Source: the human T2T-CHM13v2.0 reference genome, Homo sapiens
DNA length: 64,000 nucleotides
Direction: 5' to 3' (one strand)
Assembly: GCF_009914755.1 (NCBI RefSeq)
Contig: NC_060939.1
Positions within the stretch are counted from its first letter, which is position 1, and each line of letters opens with the position of its first letter. The notes under the pieces were generated by a model. That model did not search any database and had not been told where the DNA came from. It saw only the letters and a list, made by a program, of their open reading frames with translations. This document shows positions 21,594 through 36,435 of this stretch, piece after piece. Position numbers and translations under genes: made by a program.

Positions 21594-24500
21594 GCCACCC
21601 TCCCTCCTTGGCTGAGAAGCTGGCTTCTTGCTGGTGCCTACTTCTAAGTGCCCCCTACCTGGATTTGTCTTGCTCTGGCTGTTTGAAAGTCTGCTTACCT
21701 AGGGCTGAAGTTGTCTTGCTGAGCCCCTGAGAAAAGTTAGGAGTATTCACACTAAATTTAAATAATGTATTTTCCTTGTCTCTACACAACCCTCAGCCAT
21801 CACTGACGTCTTTAGGGCATTAAGTAACACAGGCAGCTGTGCAGCCTGCCTTTAAGAAGTCTGATGACAGACATCTGTCACTGCAAATATTGAAGCAAAC
21901 AAATCTATACGTTCTTTTCATATTTACATGGAGGAATTTCTGTGGCCACATGGATGTGAGACAGAATGAGATATGAGGATGGTTCAGATGGGATGCACAC
22001 GGTGAAGAAATTGTGCCACCTGTTCCTTGGGCATGTGCTATCTTCCCAGTCAACCCACTGACTCTGCTGAAGATTATTATTTCTAGTTATTTACTAATTT
22101 GACAAAGCTGCCAAAATCTGAATCACAAACTTACGACCACTTCCACTTCCCCTTAGGAGTTCATTTTCCTGACTGCCCACACACAAAAATTTATGAGGGT
22201 ATCTGAGGTTTGGAGCTTTCTGAGAGGCTGTGTCTTCATATGAAAATCATGGTCCTGTGCTGGTCTCCTCCCTCTGGTTGCACGGTAATGGCTTTTCACA
22301 TACCACACTGATGGCCATGCCTCAACTGCAAGCCTCAAGAAAATAGGGATAAGACTGTCAGACACTTGGCAAGGGTCTAGCCTATCTTTCCTGTGTTTTG
22401 GATGTTTTCTGTTGTAATAATCAGCTCCATGAAGACCTTTTAGGACCAAGTTAACCCCCAAGAAAGAATTTGTCACAGTTGTCTGTCAAGAAATCTCATA
22501 TTACTGTGAAGGTAATATCCAACTTAGGTTCCCAGTGTGTCAGCCACACCTGTTGCTGCCATTCAGTAGGCTACTTTGTGTATAGTTTCTTAGTTACTGA
22601 GAATAACTACTTAGGCGAGTAAGAGATTATAAATATTATCATTGAAATGAGGTAGGCTTATTTTCTTCTCGGATACAGTTGTGGGCTTGTGGATTCAGTA
22701 ATTTCTGGTGAAGCCATGCAGCTTTTCAATTTAGTAACCCCTTTGGCTTGAGGCTGGGAAGGCCATGGGTTGTTCTTGGCACGGACTTGCCAGTGACCTC
22801 TTCCAAGTGCCAAAGGTATGTTCTCAAGCTGAATTTGGGCTTTGATGCCACTCTTCTCAGTGGGAGACAAACTGACAGCGGAAACCCTGGCTCTATTTAA
22901 GGCTTCTGGAGAGAGAGCAGGTGGTGATATGTGGATTTCCATCAAATAATTTGGTTGTCACCAGTAGGATCACTTTGAAGCCACCCTGGCCACGTGCATT
23001 GGCAGAAGTCTCCCTGCCCTCTGGAGAAAGGAGAGGAGAGCCCCACGGTTTCTCTTCTGGGTCTAGGGTTTGTCACCAGGCCCAGAAATATGGGACTCAG
23101 GCCTCTTTCTGCAGCAATGGAGACCAGGCCCAGTATTGGAGATGGGCTGGTTTGGTTGTAACTCTCTGAAGCTGAGTACTGTGGCTAAATCAAGCTCCCA
23201 TTCCACTGCTGCATTTTCAGAACTGTCCTCCGGTTTGCCTGTTTCACACCCTCCCACTTCTACAGCTTCCTGTTTGCAAACAGATTTGCTTGTTAAATGG
23301 AGAAAACCAAGTTTGTATGCATTTGTGTCATGCAAAGGAGGAGGAAAACCAGTCTTCCTGGGGGAAGGCAGCTGGGGTTGAGTGTTGACGATGAGAAAAA
23401 AATTCTGTTCAAGAAACTAGCCTATGTACTCCATCTTTCTCTTTCTGTGCTCTTTGAGAATGAGAAATGGTCTACCCATCTCTGGGTCTGAAAGACAACT
23501 GTACCATCCTGATAATTAGGATGATGTAATTCCAAGGATATTATTTCATGGATAAAATGGCTCTCTTCTTTTGAAGAAATAAAAATGAGATGTTCTTCCA
23601 ACCTCTTGAATTCTGGCATGTATGCTTCTAGGAGAGGCCTTGTTATGCCGTTTGAGAAAAGGGAGGGAGCTTGCATTTCCTAGAAAACCTAGTAAAAACA
23701 CATTTGTATTGGCCAGTAAGTCTTCTCACTGACTTGGATCCTCAAAAGATTTGTCTTGGGCAAGAGTTTGTCATATCTTAGAAGCTTCTCAAAGACTGAA
23801 CATTAGAAAGATATGCTATAATAAGTGTGACTTCCAAAAAGGTGTGAAGAACTCTTAAACCAAAGCAAGAGAAAACAGTCCAATTCCTAGTGGAAGCGTC
23901 ATGTGACGAAAGGTGGGGAGAGCAAACAAGACAGTCCAGTCATTGCCACTGAGAGCTCCCTGTGTGCTTCCTCAGAGCTTTCTTAGCAGGTCAAGGAGAT
24001 ATCACTGTTCTGATTTAGGGACAGGAGTGTGGCCAGCAGGGGCTGTCATCTTCATGAAAAGAGATATGTGGTCTGCAGACTGACTTCTGATCTAGGACTG
24101 GTCAAAATTGCAAAGTGGGTCAAATGTGTTTAAAGGGCCTCTGCACTGAGGTCCTTACCCAGTGCCTGGTGCCCCCATGCTGTGCAGCAGGCCTGTGGTC
24201 CTGTTCCCCCCCGCTCAGCTCTGCGCTGTTTCTGGGCCCCTGAGTCATTCTTTGCCACCTTTCCCATCAAAGTTTACCTGTCTTTTTCCCCATGTATTTG
24301 GGATTCATTATCCTATTAACTTTTTTACCATGATTGGTAATAGTCTTAATAACTTAGAGTATTGTCATATTTATATTTGAAAAAGCTCTTAGTGGCTATT
24401 TTTGCAAAGTAAGGAGAGGGAATTCCAAGTACGATGGCAGGCCATCAAGGAGGTTTCTCAGGATTAATGTCATTTAAACATCTGAGATACATTTAGAATG

Positions 24501-25088
24501 AATGCTACTATACTAATAAAACATTAAAATGTATATCAAATTACCTAATGAATCTGTTTCTACTTGTTATATATTCGTACCTTCAGGAGTCCCAGATTCT
24601 ACTTCACCCCCTTGTTAAACAACAGAAATTAATTAGTCATACTATAAAATTATAAAAATTTCATTGACTTAAAGTATTACATGATAAAAATTACAAAAAT
24701 ATTAGAAAAGAGAATGTGATTAAAAAGAGGCAAACAACTAGAGACTTCCTGGAAAATAAGGACTTCGAGCTGAAATTTTTAAATGGTTTGGAGAGTGGTA
24801 TTGTAAGCTAGTGGTAGAAAGTTATGTTGTGTGCTGGGTCTGTATAGCTAAAGTTCTGGAGACCAAAGAGAAAAAAAGACTGTGCTGACCCACAGTATGT
24901 AAGATATGGAGGTCTCCATGGTTATCTTGCTTATAGTTCTAAATATATAACAAAACAACTCTGGCTCCCAGACCAAGAAAGACAGCTTCCTCAACATTTT
25001 GGGTGTGAGTGAAGCCAGACAATATTTGAATCTTGACTCAGAAGCAGTGACAGGATGTGTCATGTCTGAGAGGCACCTTGAAGTTTGA

Positions 25089-25378
<290 letters not shown>

Positions 25379-25493
25379 TTAATAAGTACTTTGTGTGGTT
25401 TATCAATAACCTGCCAATCATCTTTGTGCCTGATAACTTCTGGGTTATATATAGGCACCCCCTCAAATATGTCAATGCATTTGGATTAATAAG

Positions 25494-25808
25494 ACACTCT
25501 GTCCAGTATGGTAGCCACTGGCCATATGTGGCTGTTGAGCACCTGGAGTGTGGCCAGTCCAAACTGAGATGTGTTAAGTATAAGAGGCATGTTGTGGATT
25601 TCAGAGATTTAGTATGAAAAAAGAATGCAAAGTATCTCAAGAATGACAACTTTTTATTGATTATAACTTGAAATGATGGTATTTTAGATATATTGGGTTG
25701 AGTAAATATGATTGAACTACCAGTCCTTTTTACTTTTTATTAATGTGGCTACTAGAAAAGTTAAAATTACATACGTGTCTAGCAGTGTATTTCTATAGGA
25801 CAGCACAG
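25494..25808. mobile_element. MER33 (hAT-Charlie)
   Basis: CTGTCCAGTATGGTAGCCACTGGCCATATGTGGC...GTGGCTACTAGAAAAGTTAAAATTACATAC...GGACAGCAC. Confidence 0.85.
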
Positions 25809-26155
25809 GCATGGATATTCATGTGTGTATACAGCTGTAAAAATTTTTCAGATATTTCCATATTTTCCCTTTTCTCTTTCATTTAATAATTTGCATGACT
25901 GTAAGGGACCTGAATTACAAAGGTGAATAAAGATTCCATATGTTCCACATACTCAGCAGCTTACCATTTGGTGAAAGAGATACTCTTTTTTAAAAAAAAA
26001 AAAATTACAGTACAGTATGTAAGGGCTGTAATAGAGAAGTGTACCAGTGCTATAGGAGAACAGAGGAGAAAGACCGTGAGACCACTGCAAGCAAAGACCG
26101 TGAGACCACTGAGTGGGCAAAGGCTTCAGAGAGGAGTTCACATTTGAACTAGACT

Positions 26156-28874
26156 CAATTTTATTTAGTTTTTTACAAGACATAATTTATTTCCTTTTTT
26201 TAAAAAAATTTAGATTTGAGGGTACATGTGCAGCTTTGTTACTTGGGTATATTGTGTGATGCTGAGATTTGGGTCTCGAATGACCCCATCACCCACATAG
26301 TGAACATAGTGCCCAATAGGTAGTTTTTCAACCCTTCTCCCCACCTTCATCCCTCCCTCCCTCTTTTTGGATTCCCCAGTGTTCATTGTTCCCATCTTTG
26401 CGTGTAGCCAATTTTTAGCTCCTACTTGTAAGTGAGAACATCTGGGTTTCTGTTTCTGTGTTAATTCACTTAGGATAATGGCCTCCAGCTGCATCCATGT
26501 TGCTATAAAGGTCATGATTTCATTCTTTTTTATGGCTATGTAGCATTCCATAGTATATATATCCCACATTTTCTTTATCTAATCCACCATTGATGGGCGC
26601 CCAGGCTGATTTTATGTCTTTGCTCTTGTAAATAGTGCTGCAGTGAACATAATGAGTGCATGTGTCTTTTTGGTAGAACGATTTAATTTCCTTTGGATAT
26701 ATATCCAGCAATTGGATTGCTGGGTCAAATGGTAATTCTGTTTTTAGTTATTTAAGAAATCTCCAAGCTGCTTTCCACAGGGGCTGAGCTAATTTGCATT
26801 GCTACCAATAGCAATAAGCATTCTCTTTTCTCTACAACCTTGCCAGTATCTGTTATTTTTTGACTTTTTAATAGTAGCCATTCTGACTGGTGTGAGATGG
26901 TATCTCATTGTGGTTTTGATTTGCATTTCTCTAATAATTAGTAATGATGAGCATTTTTCATATATTTGGCTATTTGTATGTCTTTTGAGAAATGTCTGTC
27001 CTTCGCTTACTTTTTAATGGGTTATATGTTTTTTTCTTCTTGATTTTAAGCTCCTTATAGATTCTGGATATTAGTCCTTTGTCAGATGCACAGTTTGCAA
27101 ATATATTTTCTCCTATTCTGTAGGTTCGTTGTTTACTCTGTTGATAGTTTCTTTTGCTGGGCAGAAGCTCTTTAGCTTACTTAGGTCCCAATTGTCAATT
27201 TTTGTTTCTGTTACATTTGCTTTTGAGGACTTAGTCATAACTTTTTTGCCTAGGCCAATGTCTGGAACAGTATTTCCTACATCTTCTTGTAGGATTTTTA
27301 TGGTGTGAGGTCGTACATTTAAGTCTTTAATCCATCTTGAGTTAATTTTCATATATGGTGAGAGGTAGGAATCCAGTTTCATTTTTCTGCATATGGTTAG
27401 ACAGTTTTCCCAGCACCATTTATTAAATAGGGTGTTCTTTCCCCATTGTTTATTTTTGTTGACTTTGTTGAAGATTGGTTGGTTTAAAGTGTGTGGCTTT
27501 ATTTCAGTAGTCCCTATTCAGTTCTATTCATGTATGTGTCTATTTTTGTACCAGTACCATGCTATTTTGGTTACTGTAGCCTTGTAGTATAGTTTGAAGT
27601 CAGATAATGTGATGTCTCCAGCTTTTTTCTTTTTGCTTAGGCTTGCCGTGGCTATTTGGGGCTTTTTTGGTTTCATATGAATTTTAGGACAGTTTTTTCT
27701 AATTCTGTAAAAAATAATATTGGTAATTTGATAGGAATAGCACTTAATTTGTAGATTGCTCTGGAAGTATGGACATTTTAATGATATTGATTCTTCCTAT
27801 TCATGAGCATGGAATGTCTCTCCATTTGTTTGTGTTGCTTATGGTCCCTTTCAGCTGTGTTTTGTAGTTCTCCTATAAAGATCTTTCACCTCCTTGATAA
27901 GATGTATTCCTAGGTATTTTATGTTTTTGTGGCCATCGTAAGTGAGATTGTATCATCTATTTGGTTTTCAGCTTGACCGTTATTGGTGTGTAGAAATACT
28001 ACTGATTTTTGTACATTGATTTTTGTATCCTGAGACTTTGCTAAAGTTATCAGGTCTAGGAGTCATTTGGCGGAATCTTTAGGATTTTCTAGGTATAGAA
28101 TCATGTCCTCAGTGAAGAGAGATAATTTGACTTCCTCTTTTCCTATTCGTATGCCTTTTATTTATTTCTCTTGACTGATTGCTCTGGCTAGGACTTCCAG
28201 TACTATGTTGAATAAGAGCAGTGGGAATGGACATCCTTGTCTTGTTCCGGTTCACAGTGGGGTTGCTTTCAGTTTTTGCCCCTTCGGTATGATAATGGCT
28301 GTGAGTTCATCATAGATGGCTTTTATCATTTTGAGGTATGTTCCTTTGATGCCTAGTTTGTTGAGGGTTTTTATCATGATGTTGGATTTTATTGAACGTT
28401 TTTTCTTCATCTATTGAGATGATCATATGGTTTTTGTTTTTAATTCTACTTATGTGGTGAATCACATCAAATTGCGTATGTTGAACCATCTTTGCGTCAC
28501 AGATATAATGCTCACTTGATCATGGTGAATTTTCAGTGTGCTGCTGGATTCAGTTTGCTAGTATTTTGTTAATGATTTTTGTGTCTACATTCATTGGGGA
28601 TATTGGACTACATTCATTAGGGATAGTTTTGTTATTGTTTCTTTGCCAGATTTGGGTATCAGAATGACACTAGTTTTATAGAATGAGTTAGAGAGGAGTC
28701 CCTCTTCCTCGATTTTTTGGAATAGTTTCAGTAGGATTGGTACTAGCTATTCTTTGTAAATCTGATAGAATTCGGCTGCAAATCCATCTGGTCCAGGGCT
28801 TTTTCTCGTTGGCAGGTTTTTTTTTTTTATTATTATTGATTCGTCTTTTATTACTGATTTACTCATTATTGGTC
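26156..28874 (-). mobile_element. 5'-truncated L1 (L1PA15/16-like), about 2.7 kb, decayed ORF2
   Basis: ORF2-like peptides ([23 protein letters not shown]; [13 protein letters not shown]; YTMECYIAIKKNEIM). TSD TTGAACT(A/G)GACT at 26144-26155 and 28875-28886, with a TTT/AAAG endonuclease site on the minus strand. Inserted in an L2. Confidence 0.95.
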
Positions 28875-28879
28875 TTGAA

Positions 28880-29400
28880 CTGGACTTTAAACGAGAGTAG
28901 AAATAGACCAGGTAGAGAAAATGGCAAGAACATTTTTCAGGTAGAGAAAAAAGCACAAGGGAAGATGGTGAGAAATGGAAGAGCTGGACAGAGTGGGTTT
29001 CAGCAAGAGTTGAGGGTGGCCAGACAGGTAGCAAGAGGAGGAAAGATGACCCTGGAAGGGTAGTTGGAGAAACTGGACTTTATCTTATAGAATGAGGCTA
29101 ACCTATAGTGATATGTCAATAAGCAGTGACATCAAATTTGTGTTTTAAGACAACTACCCCCTGGAAGCAGTGTAACTAAGGAACTGGGGAAGGCAAAGAT
29201 AGACATCCCAGAAAAACCAAGCCCTAACTTTACACACTGGGGGTAGAGATAAAGCCAAGGGGACACATTCACAAAATACTTAGGTGGTATAGAAGACAGG
29301 ATCTGGAAGTTGAATTGCTTTGGTGGAGAATCAAGGCAATAAGCTAGCATGAGGACAGGAGAAACCAGAACGCAATGAGTTAAGGAATTAGTGGAAGCAA
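28880..29400 (-). mobile_element. L2 fragments (continuation of about 25880-26150)
   Basis: Purine-rich antisense L2 (GGACTTTATCTTATAG...CAGTGACATCAAATTTGTGTTTTAAGA). Confidence 0.55.
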
Positions 29401-31379
29401 AGAAGAGGTAATATGAGGATAGATGGCTTTATTTCCAGAAGCTCCAAGGTGCAGGCAAACACAGAAAGGTGAGCAGCTTTTGATGGGAGGACAAAGAGGT
29501 GTGGTATGGTGTACAGCCATCCTGCTTATGTGTTTTATATGTGCTTTATATGCATTTAAGCCTTTGGGCTGGGGAGCAGGACCAAGTAGAAAGAAAGAGA
29601 TTAGAGATATAAAAGCGAGGGAATAATGAATGGGAAAAGCTTCCTGAGGAAGCCTGGGCAGGGACTGAGAAGCAAGAATTATTAGGCAAAGGAGAATCAG
29701 GTAAATTTGAAAAAGCCACTGTGAGAAACTGAGATTGCTGAAACCCTCAGTTCTGCCTCTTTTAGTAATAGAGGCCAAGCACATTGAAATTCTTCAACCA
29801 AATCATTTTAGAGGTGTCAGTCCAGTTCCTACTTGCAGTTGACTTTCGGGAAGGGATGGGAAATCCATTTCAGGTGGAAAAGTTGGCTTTTGGAGGTGCA
29901 TTGTGTGCCAGGAAGTAATCAGTCAGACGTTAGACTCTGTTGCCTCTAATCGTAAACTTTTGGCTCCTGTCCTTCCTTCCTTCCATCTATCATTCATTTA
30001 TTTTTAATCTGTATGCTTTCATTTGGAACTTAGTTTGAAAAGATGTAAGGAAAGTACCTTTCTGCTGACAGGCTCTGTCAAACCTAAGGCACAAATAGTA
30101 CCTTTATTTGACAGTGTGAGCACATAAAATTCTCACGTTTTAGGGGCTTCATTTTCTTTATCTCTAAAACTTTGCATTCGTTTGGATTATTGCTGAGGCT
30201 CCTTTTAATTTTAAAATTCCATGGTAGTATGGTACCAACTTGAATTTGTGCCCACTTACAAGACGTGGAGCAGAAGGAAAAAGTGATGCAGTGTGTACTC
30301 ATCAGTGAGGGCGCTGGTGTTGATGTACTACATATGTATAAAATCCCCATGTAACTTTACCAGGCATCTGCAGTACAAGGACATTTTGCCTGCATAAGCA
30401 GCGTATGCTTCAGCTCAGAATATATGCCAAGCACACTTGAGAACTTTCGTATTTTGCAGCTGAAGTACAACACAGCTGGCCTCCTAAATGATTTAGAGTC
30501 TTCCTCTCCACCAGCAGAATTAAAAACTAAGACTGTTATGATGCCTCTAAGAGAACAGAGATGCAACCTATAATTATGAATTTATCAGACAATAGGTGAC
30601 TTTCCACAGCAATTCTTAATGTGTTACCATAATCACACTTTCTCCTTTGGAGAATCAAGCCTTGTTTTAAGAATTTGCATTGCATAGAGAGTGGGAGAGG
30701 GGAAATGGATGTGTTGGGCATCCAGCAAAGCTTAAAAAGAAAATATAATTGGGTTCCTCCTTATCTGCAGCAAAGCAACCAACAGAAGAATCAGAATGTC
30801 AGGGGTTTGAGTGTTTAGCAGGTGACGATGGGGTCTCAAGCCCAGGGCCTGTTTATAAGTCCCACAAAACATAATACATTTGTTTGTGATGTTACTTGTA
30901 AGTTGATTAATATTTTTATATTGACATAGAAGAGCAAGGTGAATCTGCTGGATTTCTTGTAGACCATTCCATTCAGAGTGGAGGTACCTTCATGTTGTGT
31001 CTTATTTGTTCTTGCAACATCCTGATGAGGTAGAAATCTATCCTTATTTTGCAGACGAAGTTAAGGCACAAGAAGTCAGTTTCAGCAAAGCAAGTCAGGG
31101 ACAGATGGAGCACTAGAATCAGATCTCTAAATTTGCAGCATGTTCTTTTCCTTCGATTTTTTTTTTAAAACAATCTCACAAATTTTAAAAACTGAGCTGC
31201 TGTTTATTTGTCTAGTTCTTTGCCTACCTTATAAGAAAGGAAGCTGTTGCTTCTGATAAGGCCCCTTGATGAAATATGCCGATATGGAAGTAGGAAAGCA
31301 AAAATAATCTAGATCAGAACCTACTGTTGGTAAAATGAAATCCCACCATGTCCATTACCTACCTGCTGTGATGGTAAGC

Positions 31380-32120
31380 AGTCATTCTGCAGGCATTTTT
31401 GAGTACCTGCCCTGTACCATGCAGTGTGCTGGAGACTGAGGAGGTGTGCCTAAATTTTTCTTGGGGGTCTTGCTTCTTTAGGGAAAATTACCTTACAAAG
31501 ATGACTGAGTCCTGAATGGGTTATCCAGGCCAAAAAGGTCAATTTGGGGAGCCATGAGAGGAGGGATTTCACTTACTATTCATTCATTCTTTCTGTAGTA
31601 AAGGCCTGGAACTAAGAAAGATCCTGGTGAATTGGAGGAGAAACGGAATGAAGCTGAATTTTAGATTTCAAAGGGGTGCATAAGGAGACCAGAGAGAGAG
31701 GCAGAGGACAGATATTAGAAGATGTCATTGATTGTGTAAGGTATTTAGAAGGACCTCATGCAAGGGAGTTATCTAATTAGAGCTGCTTTTGCAATGAGTC
31801 TGAGCCTAGAGGTAGGTTGAAAGGAGACAAGACTAAAGACACAGAGATCAATTTGGAGTTGTTGTATGAATCCAGGTGAAAAACCAAGGCCTGGACTAGG
31901 ATAACGACATTGAGGATGGAAGTAATCTAATCTGTATGGTTTGGGAAAGGTTATAGGGGCTTGGTGAGAATCGGATGTGGACAATAAAAAGGCGAAGGAA
32001 GCCTCTAGGATGATGTCTAGGTTTCTGGTTCCCAAACAAAGGTAGATGGTGTGAAATAAGGAATGCTGGCAGAGGAGGGGTTTTTGAAAGATCAGTAGGA
32101 GACAATGAGCTTACTCTTAG
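31380..32120 (-). mobile_element. L2 fragments
   Basis: TTTGAGTACCTGCCCTGTACCATGCAGTGTGCTGG...ATCCAGGTGA...GGATGATGTCTAGGTTTCTGG. Confidence 0.6.
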
Positions 32121-33469
32121 ACCTCTAAGAGTAATAATCAAATAACCTAGGTCATGCTGATGAGGCCCTAATTCATAGTGACCAAACTCACAGGAGTTTA
32201 TAAATCTGAGTATTATTCTGTGAATTATTATTTAGAAGCATTTATTTCCGATGACTGGAAAATCCCCTATTTATATCAGTTCCATCTGTTAGGTAGAACT
32301 TCAGAGTAACCCAATTGTCAGATGTAGAAGCAGAACAAAGAAAAACGGATGAATTTTAAAAGAGGTTTAATTTAGTCCCATAAAATGTGGAAGACCTGCT
32401 TGGAAACAGACATATTTAGATAAGAATAATCAAATTACTCATTTTTTGAGGTTGGTAGTATTGGGTGATTACTAACATTTTTACTCTTCACCTTAAGATT
32501 TTGCTTCCTTCACTGCAGTGCTACTTCAGTTCATTATTATAATTGAACAATTCTGTTTCACATGGAGCACATTTTCAATAAACTCCTTCCCACTTGCCTT
32601 CTCAGAACTTCCTCAGGTTCCAGTTTGTGTGGATAGTCTCACTGTGGGGGTGATCCTTTGAGGCTTTTCTGACTTTGATGGTTTTTTTGTTTTTGTTTTA
32701 TTACTTGACACCTGGTATTCATACTTAAACTTGGTGTCCACTGAAGGACAATGAGGCAGCAGCAGTGAGTGACTTCATCTTAGAATACAGGTGATCAGAA
32801 TCTTTACTCCCCAGCTGAGTGCTGGGCTTAGTCTCTTGCTCATTTATTTAAAAACCATTTATGGAATACTAGTCCTTGTAGAGAAATATGGAATGGCATA
32901 TTTCCTGTTCTTAATAAAGTAACAGTGTAGTAGAATACAGACATGCAAATGAGGAATTGGAATATTGTGATTGCCATTGCAGAGGGATAAATCAAGGTAA
33001 TGGGCCATGGGTAAAGGAGCTTCAGAAGTGTGGGGAAGGCTTGATCATGGATTCATTAGGCTAGATGATAAGAGTTGGGGTAGGGGTGGTATGTGAGCCC
33101 TTTCTAAATACACAGAACTGCGTGGGCAAGCAGAGAGAGAGAGGAGAGAACCTCGCACATCCTGGGACTCTTCTGTATCGTGGGGCCATGAATTTATAGA
33201 TAGCAGAGGTAGTATGAGAGATGAACCTGGGCTTGGACAGGTAAGTAGGAACCAGATCAGCAGAGGCCTTGTATCCCCTGTAAAACAGTTTAAATATTAG
33301 CCTGCAGAAAGCCATTGAATTGGTTTGAATAATATATTTTAAAGGCATCTAGTTCTAAGCATATTTGCATTTGACATAGACCTAAAGACAAGACAAGGTT
33401 GCATTTATTCCCTCTTGTAGTAGTTGAGAAAACTTTGCATATTAGTGTTTTTATTTTGCTTCAAGGGAG

Positions 33470-34203
33470 TTTAAATTGTAACATATATATAACATTGAGT
33501 TTGCCATTTTAACAAGTTTTAATTTTAATGGTTAAAATTCAGTGGTAATAAGTACTTACACAATGTTTTACAACCATCACCACTATTCCCAAAACATCTC
33601 CATTACCACAAATAGAGACTTTGCAACCATTAAGCAATAACTCTCCATCCCTGCCTCCAGCCCCTGGTAATCTCAAATCTACCTTCTGTGTCTATGGATT
33701 TGCCTATTCTAGAAATTTCATATAATTGAAATTATATAATATTTGTCTTTCTGTGTCTGACTTATTTCACTTAACAAAATGTTTCCAGAGTTTATCCATG
33801 TTGTAGTATGTATCAGAACTTCATTCCTTTTTTATAGCTGAATAAAATTCAATTGTATGTATAGACTGTATTTTGTTTATCCATTTATCTGTTGACAGAC
33901 ACTTTGATTGTTTCCACCTTAGGTTATTGTGAATTGGCCTGTAAGCATCTGTTTGAGTTCCTGCTTTCAGTTCCTTTGGATATATACCTAGAAGTGGAGT
34001 TTCTGGGTCACATGGTAATTCTACATTTAACTTTTTGAGGACCCACCAAACTGTTTTCCACTGTTTACCATTTTACACTTCCACCAGCAATGTACGAGGA
34101 TTCTGATTTCTCCACATCTTTATCAACATTTATTATTTTCCAGGTTTTTTTTTTAATATTGTCATAGCCATCCTAGTGGGTGTGAAGTAGAATCTCATTG
34201 TGC
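33470..34203 (-). mobile_element. L1MB-like 3' end
   Basis: CAACCATCACCACTATT...CCCCTGGTAATCTC...TCTATGGATTTGCCTATTCTAG...CCCACCAAACTGTTTTCCA. Confidence 0.85.
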
Positions 34204-34607
34204 TCTTATGCACCCTGGATTTGGAATATGCAAAAATATTTTGTAGTGAGTAATAAGCTTTGAACACATTTTTGTTCATGAGGTTTCTTAAGTGTTCCTA
34301 TTTTTGCCATAGAAAATAATTGATTATAGACTTTTATTTCCAAGTTAAGGCTTGTCAGTTGAAGCATTCTTCTAAAAATTTTAAAGTAAGAAAACCCGTT
34401 GCTCTGAAATATCCTCCAATGCACCCAGGATCAGTTTGCTAAACGGCAGCTCTTGGCCATGTCAATATGCCTTGCTAGTACTCTTGGTGAACTCTCCTTG
34501 CCCTGGTTCAGATGTCCCTAGTCTCTGGGCTAGACTAGTACAGTGGCTTGCAAACTGTTCCCTCATTTCCTGATCTCCTCTTTTTCTCATTCCTCCTAAA
34601 TACTGCA

Positions 34608-34850
34608 GGCAGTACAGCATAGTGCTTAAGTGCACAGGCATCAGAATGAGAACCTGGTCTGAGTCCCAGCTCTGCCACTACTAGCCATGACACTTCAGAC
34701 AAGTCAGTTAATCTCAGTGAACACCTGTTTCTTTACCTATAAAAGAGGACAACATTGCCTACCCAACAGGGCTATTGTGAAGACAAGACAGGTCAAGCCC
34801 TTAGTACATTGCTTGGCACATAGACAAATGGGGTTAGTTGGGGTGCTATT
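34608..34850 (+). mobile_element. MIR (within L2 remnants)
   Basis: GGCAGTACAGCATAGTGCTTAAG...TCCCAGCTCTGCCACTACTAGC...GCTTGGCACATAG. Confidence 0.8.
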
Positions 34851-35317
34851 AATACTGCCTGCAGAGTTATTTTTCTAAAAACCTGATTATGGAACTTCTC
34901 TGCTTGAGCCACTTCAAATTTCTGTTTTCTCAAAACAAACTTCAAACTGTTTGGTACTTTGTAAGAGGCCCTTTGCAGCGTAGGTCGCTAGCCTTGTCTG
35001 CTGCCCTCCTAAGCCACTGGCCAGTGTAGACCAGATAAGCATGTGACTGATAGCTCAGTGCATGCTCTCCCATCTGCCTGATTGAGCCACATTTAAGGAA
35101 ATTATCCTTTCTCTGAAGCCTATAAAAAGATTCCTCTCTCTGAAGCCCCACCTGGCATATATTGGACTGGGTCTAGGCTCACCTATCTCTGTTAGAGTGA
35201 TTATCTGTCATCACATGGGGGTTTTTGTGAACTCTTCTGTGTCTTATTTATCTTATTTATCATATCTTATTTATATGATGAGCACTATAGGGCCTCTATC
35301 AAGATGCAAAGATGAGA

Positions 35318-35438
35318 AGCCGGGCATGGTGGTGTGTGCGTGTAGCCCCAGCTACTTGGAAGGCTAAGGCAGGAAAATCACTTGAGCCCATGAGTTTGAG
35401 TCCAGCCTGGCAACATTTTGAAAAACAAGAAGAAGAAA
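35318..35438 (+). mobile_element. FLAM-type Alu monomer
   Basis: A single monomer GCCGGGCATGGTGG...TTGAGCCCATGAGTTTGAGTCCAGCCTGG plus an A-rich tail. Confidence 0.8.
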
Positions 35439-36110
35439 ATGGGAATATGGGAATAACTTTACCTACAGCAATCAGCCCCATTCCCTTGTTTTCTAACTTG
35501 GCATGGTTAGGATTGTGGGAAGAGTTTCCACATCTTGAAACTTACCTGTCCTTTCATGTGGCCATACAGTCAACAGACTCCTTAAAAGTGCACCATGGAT
35601 GAATCCTGTGTGCTAGTGTTGATCTCCACCGCGTTTTACTTATTCAGCAACTCTGTTGAATACCCAGTTGGTGTAAGTCACTTTAATAGCCCCCTAAAGG
35701 AGATAAAGAATTGCATAAGATGTTTCTGTTAATGAGGCTTTTCAAGATAAATGTTCTTGCTTGTCCTGTGGCTTTGAGGAATGTAAAATCTAGTTGGAGC
35801 AATTGTAGTCTGTCTGTTTGCTGGAGAGGCTGTGGGAAATTCTGACTCCTCCTGTCGTCATTGTATTTCCAAAACAGTTCAGCCTTCTTGCTTGGCAGAT
35901 GGGGCCACATGTAGTCCTGACTCAGCTTCTGAATTTCTGGTGAAATCTAAAACTACAGAGAGAAGAGAAATCCTGCTGTTTGCAAAGGATTCAAGAGGGA
36001 GACCACAATAGGTAGCAATTCAGAAGTAAACACCAACAAAATAACCCTGTGTTGTCTGCTATAGTCTACAGTCTGTTTTCTGACACCATTTGGTCTGAAG
36101 CTTCTACTAG

Positions 36111-36435
<325 letters not shown>

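Noticed and set aside
26210-29034. ORFs with RT/ORF2-like peptides
   Set aside because: Decayed L1 ORF2 fragments with frameshifts and stops; not a functional CDS.
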